Source of the DNA: an uncultured virus (IMG/VR IMGVR_UViG_3300044613_002297)
Taxonomy: Duplodnaviria; Heunggongvirae; Uroviricota; Caudoviricetes
Length of the DNA stretch: 64,000 bases
Direction: 5' to 3' (one strand)
IMG/VR virus record: IMGVR_UViG_3300044613_002297
Both the position numbers and the translations under genes were made by a program. Positions 58,926 through 64,000 of this stretch are shown one piece after another; the stretch's first letter is position 1; each line of letters starts with the position of its first letter. The notes below the pieces were generated by a model, which was not told the origin of the DNA, searched no databases, and was given only the letters and a program-made list of their open reading frames with translations.

Positions 58926-59176
58926 GATCGCTCGTCGCTTTTGCCATCGTGCTCGTGGGCTGCGTGGCGTCACTGCCGCGTGACGATGCCGCGATCACTG
59001 CGGACCTCGCAGCCGAGACGGCACGCGAGGTGATCCGCCTGCGTCACGAGGTCGCACCGACGCCGGTGCCGCCAGCGCCGGGCGGCAAGTGCCAGAACTG
59101 CGACGGGCGTGGGTACGTCGGTGACGGGAGGGTTCGTGTCCCGTGTCAGCCGTGCGGTGGAGACGGAGTCCTATGA
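58922..59176 (+). CDS. Zinc-finger lipoprotein (copy 2)
   Basis: Homologue of 7927-8181. Confidence 0.7.
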   Translation: MRSLVAFAIVLVGCVASLPRDDAAITADLAAETAREVIRLRHEVAPTPVPPAPGGKCQNCDGRGYVGDGRVRVPCQPCGGDGVL

Positions 59177-59532
59177 CCCGCGACGAGCTCTACGAGCACG
59201 TGTGGAAGCGACTCCCCATGCGAAAGTACATGGTAGGGAGAGAGACCGTTCACGACCTGACGACGCTGGCGATCGAGAACTGGGAGGCCGAGTACCTCGG
59301 CCACGCCGAGAGCGAGGAGGGCCGCGATATCGTCGCGATGTCGATCGCCGGGAAGGTGAAGCGAGCACACCAGTGGCAGAGCGGTCGCGAGCCGCAGGAG
59401 TACGGCTTTTTCTGGACGCTGATGCTCGGTGCGATCGTCAATGCGATCGTGCAGATCATCGTGAAGTGGTGGCTCGAACGTCAGGTGAACCGCGTGCTGA
59501 TGGTGGCGTGGCAGCAGGAGTTGACTCGATGA
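59173..59532 (+). CDS. Membrane protein (copy 2)
   Basis: Homologue of 8178-8537. Confidence 0.65.
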   Translation: MTRDELYEHVWKRLPMRKYMVGRETVHDLTTLAIENWEAEYLGHAESEEGRDIVAMSIAGKVKRAHQWQSGREPQEYGFFWTLMLGAIVNAIVQIIVKWWLERQVNRVLMVAWQQELTR

Positions 59533-59798
59533 CCCACGAGCAAGTGCAAAGCACCTTCCTCTCGATGCTGAAGGACTACGGTTTTGCGACCGTCGTGGCG
59601 CTCGCCTGCCTCTACGTCGGGAGACAGGACGTTCTGCTACCTCTCGTGAAGGCGCACACGCAGTTCTTGGAAAAGCTCGCTCAGACGCAGATCGAGATCG
59701 CCTCGGCGGTGCAGGAGCAGACCCGCCTGCTCTATGCCTTGCAGCCGGGCGCACGCGAGACGCAGTACAAGGTTTCTGCCCCGGTGCAGGAGAAGTGA
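59529..59798 (+). CDS. Holin-like protein (copy 2, divergent N-terminus)
   Basis: Homologue of 8534-8803. Confidence 0.5.
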   Translation: MTHEQVQSTFLSMLKDYGFATVVALACLYVGRQDVLLPLVKAHTQFLEKLAQTQIEIASAVQEQTRLLYALQPGARETQYKVSAPVQEK

Positions 59799-59799
59799 C

Positions 59800-60135
59800 A
59801 TGGCAGAGTTTTCCCTGCTTCCAGGTCAGCTTGCGTTGAAGACTCGCCAGGGAGACGAGTTCAGCGCTACCGTCACGCTCTCGCAGGGCACGGCGGCGTT
59901 CAGCCTGACCGGATACACGGTCACGGCAGGCATCACGTCGCTCGTGGACGGCACCAGCGTGGACGACTTTACCTGCTCGGTTGTCTCGGCGACTGCGGGC
60001 ACGGTGTCGATCTCGCTCCAAGAGAACGAGACCTCGGCGCTTGCATCCGGTTCGTATGCTTGGTCGCTGCGGTGGATCGCGCCCGGCGCGGTCACTCGCA
60101 CCGCACTATCCGGCGTACTGGAGGTGACGCGGTGA
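59800..60135 (+). CDS. Structural protein (copy 2)
   Basis: Homologue of 8805-9140. Confidence 0.6.
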   Translation: MAEFSLLPGQLALKTRQGDEFSATVTLSQGTAAFSLTGYTVTAGITSLVDGTSVDDFTCSVVSATAGTVSISLQENETSALASGSYAWSLRWIAPGAVTRTALSGVLEVTR

Positions 60136-60413
60136 GCATCACGGCGAGCGTCTCGGGATCACCGATCACGGCAAGCGTGACCGAAAGCGGCGCGAGCGTC
60201 GCAGTGTCGCCCGTGGCGATCTCCGCGACCGTGCTCGCGGGCATCGGGCCGCAGGGACCGGCGGGCGCTGGCGGCGATGTCGGATCATCGACGCTCGCCG
60301 GGCTCACTGATGTGCAGATCACCGCTGCCGCCGAGGGTGATGTCCTTCGATACAACGGCTCGAAGTGGGCCGACTACGCCGAGATTCAACTCACCGATGG
60401 AGGGAATTTCTAG
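60132..60413 (+). CDS. Small fibre-associated protein (copy 2)
   Basis: Homologue of 9137-9421. Confidence 0.7.
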   Translation: MSITASVSGSPITASVTESGASVAVSPVAISATVLAGIGPQGPAGAGGDVGSSTLAGLTDVQITAAAEGDVLRYNGSKWADYAEIQLTDGGNF

Positions 60414-60415
60414 TC

Positions 60416-61492
60416 ATGCCGAACGTCATCAGAATCAAGCGTCGCGCGTCATCCGGTGGCGCAGGAGCGCCGAGCTCGCTCGCCAACGCGGAGCTCGCGT
60501 TCAATGAAAACAGCTCGATACTTTACTATGGCACAGGCACCGGCGGTGCTGGCGGCTCGGCCACGAGCGTCATCGCGATCGGTGGCTCGGGTGCGTTCGT
60601 GTCGATCACCGAGGTCCGCGCTGCGAACACGGTCCTCGCTGGTCCGACGAGCGGTGCCGCCGCTGCACCGACGTTCCGGGCGCTGACTGCCGACGACATC
60701 CCGTCACTGTCGGGCGTGTACATCCCGATGACCGGCACGGCGACGCCGACCGGCACGTACACGTTTTCGGGGACGGTCAACGTCACGGGCACGTTTCAGG
60801 TCGGTTCGACGACCGTCACGTCGAGCGCCGCCGAATTGAACCTCGTGGACGGCTCGATCGCGAACACGGTCGTGAACTCGAAGGCTGTCATCTACGGCTC
60901 GGCCGGGCAGATCGCAGCGACGACGATCACGACCAGCGGCAACGCGACGGTCGGCGGCGATCTGACGGTGACCGGCAACCTCACGGTCAACGGCACGGTC
61001 ACGACGGTCAACTCGACGACCGTCACGGTGGACGACAAGAACATCGAGCTCGGCTCGGTCTACTCGCCGACGGACACGACCGCCGACGGTGGCGGCATCA
61101 CGCTCAAGGGCTCAACCGATAAGACGATTCTTTGGGTCAACGCCACCGACTCGTGGACATACAACCAGAACATCGAGCTCGCCGCCACCTACGCCTACCG
61201 CATCGACGGCGTGTCGGTTCTGAGCAAGACCACGCTGGGCTCCACGGTCGTTTCGTCATCGCTCACGAGCGTCGGCACGATCGGCACGGGCGTCTGGCAA
61301 GGCACGGCGGTTGGTGTCGCCTACGGCGGCACGGGGCTGACGAGCGTGGCGAAGGGGACGGTGCTCGTGGCGAACGACACGAACACGATCACCGCGCTTG
61401 ACGGCGGCGGTACGAACGATGGACTCCTCGCCTACACGGCATCGAGCGACACGATCGCCTGGGCGACGAGCATCGACGGCGGGACGTTCTGA
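60416..61492 (+). CDS. Tail fibre protein (copy 2)
   Basis: Homologue of 9421-10497. Confidence 0.8.
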   Translation: MPNVIRIKRRASSGGAGAPSSLANAELAFNENSSILYYGTGTGGAGGSATSVIAIGGSGAFVSITEVRAANTVLAGPTSGAAAAPTFRALTADDIPSLSGVYIPMTGTATPTGTYTFSGTVNVTGTFQVGSTTVTSSAAELNLVDGSIANTVVNSKAVIYGSAGQIAATTITTSGNATVGGDLTVTGNLTVNGTVTTVNSTTVTVDDKNIELGSVYSPTDTTADGGGITLKGSTDKTILWVNATDSWTYNQNIELAATYAYRIDGVSVLSKTTLGSTVVSSSLTSVGTIGTGVWQGTAVGVAYGGTGLTSVAKGTVLVANDTNTITALDGGGTNDGLLAYTASSDTIAWATSIDGGTF

Positions 61493-61495
61493 CGT

Positions 61496-63154
61496 ATGCC
61501 CACAACAGTCAAGATTCGCCGCAGCGGCACAGCGTCGGCCACGCCGTCGGCGCTTGAGCACGGCGAGATCGCGATCAACTACGCCGATGGCAAGGTGTTC
61601 TGGAAGAACGCGAGCGATGTGATCACGTCGTTCACGTTTCAGAGCTACGCCCTCGCGTCGCACACGCACGCAGCGTCGGACATCACCTCCGGCACGCTGG
61701 ACGCCGCACGCCTGCCTCTTGCGACGACGGGTGCCGCCGGTGCGGTGATCGTCGGCACGGGGCTCGGCGTGTCGTCAGGCACGGTGTCGGTGACCTACGG
61801 GACCAGTAGCACCTCAGCCTGTCGCGGCGATGACAGTCGATTGAGTGACACCCGCACGCCGACCGATGGCAGCGTGACGACGGCGAAACTTGCCAACGAC
61901 GCCGTCACCTACGCCAAGATTCAAAACGTCTCCGCCACCGACCGCCTGCTCGGTCGCTCGTCTGCGGGTGCAGGCGACGTGGAGGAGATCACCTGCACGT
62001 CGTTCGGTCGCTCCTTGATTTCGTCAGCCGATGCCCCTGCGGCACGCACCACGCTCTCCGTGCAGCCGACGGCGAGTCCTACGTTCACTGGCACCGCAAC
62101 TCTGGCCGCAGGAGCGATCGTCACCAGCACGGCGGCAAACTCTGGCCTATCGGTTGGCGGCAGCAGCAAGCAGGTTCGTTTGAGTTTCGCGCCCAGCGAA
62201 GGTACAGCGCCAACGTCTGCCGTGACAGGGACGGCGTATATCGTCTCTGCCGACTTCGGCAGCGGCTACACGGCAATGCGATTTGAGGCGACGGAGTTCG
62301 TCTTCGCTCACGGCATCTTTGCGTCTGAGGTTTCGACGACGTTCAAGAACAACGGCGACATCGTCATGTCGCGTGGGCAACTGCTCGCCGACGACATCGC
62401 CACAGCCAACAGCGTGGCGTATGCCTTTGATGGCGATACCAACACCGGAGTAGGCCGGGCGGGCGCGGACATTCTGACGGTGGTGACGGGCGGCGCCGAG
62501 CGGGTGCGTGTTGATGCGTCGGGGAATGTGGGGATTGGCCGGGACAGCCCTAACGTCAAATTAGAAGTCGCTGGAAACGTTGGCGCGTACGGGACTCAGC
62601 CCGCTGTTCATTTCAGAGTAAACAGCAACACTCTGCGATTTGCATTGTTTGCAAACGACGCCGATAGCCTTCATGTTGGCAGGTATGACTCGTCAGGAGG
62701 CTATGTTGACTCGCCGCTACAAATATCCAGAACCAGCGGCAATGTAGTCACTCCAGCGGTTTACTCCGCCGCAGTCGGCGGAACGAACAGACCCGTATAC
62801 GTTGATAGTGGTGGTCTTCTCGGCTACGTCTCCTCCATTCGCGAGAGCAAGACCGACATCGTCACGCTGGACGACGTGTCATGGCTTTCCGCGCTCTCGC
62901 CCGTCTCGTACCGCTACCGAAAGCGGAACGCCGACGGCACCTACAGCGACGAGGCCGACGGCGTCACCGACTACGGTCTGATCGCTGAGGACGTGGAAGC
63001 GGTCAAGCCGGAACTCTGCTTCTACGACGACGTGGACGGCGAGCCGCAACTGCGTGGCGTCACGTACTCAAAACTGATCACGCCGATGCTGCGGTACATC
63101 CAGCAATTAGAGGCACGCATCGCCGCACTAGAGGAGCGACTGAGTCATGGCTGA
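61496..63154 (+). CDS. Tail fibre with C-terminal S74-type autocleaving chaperone domain
   Basis: Shares N-terminal and central blocks with 10500-11672; ends SSIRESKTDI...GLIAEDVE...YSKL plus a coiled coil. Confidence 0.85.
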   Translation: MPTTVKIRRSGTASATPSALEHGEIAINYADGKVFWKNASDVITSFTFQSYALASHTHAASDITSGTLDAARLPLATTGAAGAVIVGTGLGVSSGTVSVTYGTSSTSACRGDDSRLSDTRTPTDGSVTTAKLANDAVTYAKIQNVSATDRLLGRSSAGAGDVEEITCTSFGRSLISSADAPAARTTLSVQPTASPTFTGTATLAAGAIVTSTAANSGLSVGGSSKQVRLSFAPSEGTAPTSAVTGTAYIVSADFGSGYTAMRFEATEFVFAHGIFASEVSTTFKNNGDIVMSRGQLLADDIATANSVAYAFDGDTNTGVGRAGADILTVVTGGAERVRVDASGNVGIGRDSPNVKLEVAGNVGAYGTQPAVHFRVNSNTLRFALFANDADSLHVGRYDSSGGYVDSPLQISRTSGNVVTPAVYSAAVGGTNRPVYVDSGGLLGYVSSIRESKTDIVTLDDVSWLSALSPVSYRYRKRNADGTYSDEADGVTDYGLIAEDVEAVKPELCFYDDVDGEPQLRGVTYSKLITPMLRYIQQLEARIAALEERLSHG

Positions 63155-63461
63155 CATCCCCACGCTGTTTGCAAGCGAGCCGCTGGACGTGCCTGCAAAG
63201 GTGTTCGACAAGTTGTGGGTGCGGGAAATCGTTCTGTCATCGCCGACAGGCGGCGAAGCCGAAGCCCGCGTGACGCTCGTCCGATTCCGCACCACCGACG
63301 ACGGAGTGGAGGAGGCACCAGCCGAGCCGGTGCGGCTCCACGTCCGCGACCTGCTCGCTGGAGCGGAGGCCGACGCTGACCTCGCGGCTGCGGTTGGGGC
63401 GTTGATGAACTACGTCGCGAAGGTGGGCGTGGCAGAGGGCGTGGTCGCGGCGGGCGAGTGA
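63147..63461 (+). CDS. Fibre-associated protein (copy 2)
   Basis: Homologue of 11682-11993. Confidence 0.7.
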   Translation: MADIPTLFASEPLDVPAKVFDKLWVREIVLSSPTGGEAEARVTLVRFRTTDDGVEEAPAEPVRLHVRDLLAGAEADADLAAAVGALMNYVAKVGVAEGVVAAGE

Positions 63462-64000
63462 ATGGTCGTCCTGTCGTCGATCCTGCGTCGCGACGAACCG
63501 CAACGCGAGCGACGCGAGCGGGTGCCGCTGCCCGGCGAGCTCGCCGTCGTCTGCGTGTTCTGGAATCCTGCCGGGTGGCGATCGCTGCGGCGGAACTACC
63601 TCCGGTTCCTCCACGAGATGCGGTGGTGGGGCGTGCCGACGTTCAACGTGGAGCTCGCCTACGAAGGGCAGGACTACACGTGCGACGACGCGTGGATCAA
63701 GGTGAGGGGCGGCGACCGGAACGTGCTCTGGCAGAAAGAGCGCCTCATCAATCTCGCCGTCGAACGCCTGCCCGACCGCTTCGACAAGGTGGCGTGGATC
63801 GACGCCGACATGGTGTTTCTCGACCACCAGTGGCCCGAGCGGCTGTGCCGAACGCTCGAAGAGTGGCCGGTCGTGCAGTGCTGGAACGAGTGGCACTGTG
63901 CCGGGCCTGACGGGCAGATCGAGGGCAAGAAGTTCTGCGTCGGGCATCGCTGCGAAAGGTATCTGAGCGAGCAGAACTGCTGCCCTGGCGGTGCGTGGGC
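63462..64000 (+). CDS. Glycosyltransferase-like protein (copy 2, truncated by window end)
   Basis: Homologue of 11994-12929. Confidence 0.72.
   Translation, partial: MVVLSSILRRDEPQRERRERVPLPGELAVVCVFWNPAGWRSLRRNYLRFLHEMRWWGVPTFNVELAYEGQDYTCDDAWIKVRGGDRNVLWQKERLINLAVERLPDRFDKVAWIDADMVFLDHQWPERLCRTLEEWPVVQCWNEWHCAGPDGQIEGKKFCVGHRCERYLSEQNCCPGGAW

Larger units (their letters stand above)
50324..64000 (+). mobile_element. Second, diverged copy of the same phage (partial)
   Basis: Gene-for-gene homology to 121-12530 with many synonymous changes, indels and module swaps. Confidence 0.92.

Noticed and set aside
50324..64000. Exact terminal redundancy or circular overlap
   Set aside because: The copies differ by many substitutions and by whole genes.

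Overview
The whole window is high-GC tailed-phage DNA; no host genes are visible. About 50.2 kb (roughly 121-50323) is one complete temperate siphovirus-like genome: trypsin-like protease, RusA, glycosyltransferase/methyltransferase cluster, papain-like protease and membrane genes, tail fibres, gmd/fcl, an HK97-type head-tail operon, a C5 methyltransferase, a tyrosine integrase with immunity region, and a replication module (AAA ATPase, primase-helicase, iteron-bearing initiator, LexA-like domain, beta-clamp). From about 50324 a second, collinear but diverged copy begins, with module swaps and an inserted HNH gene. The most notable feature is a phage-borne integron platform with no integron integrase. 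It has three 56-bp attC-like sites on the minus strand (121-176, 49950-50005, 50324-50379) and an attI-like site with two direct repeats (450-502 and 50653-50705). Its gene cassettes are inverted relative to attC so that they read with the phage early operon, and the second cassette differs between the two copies. A Planctomycete-like host is a tentative inference only.
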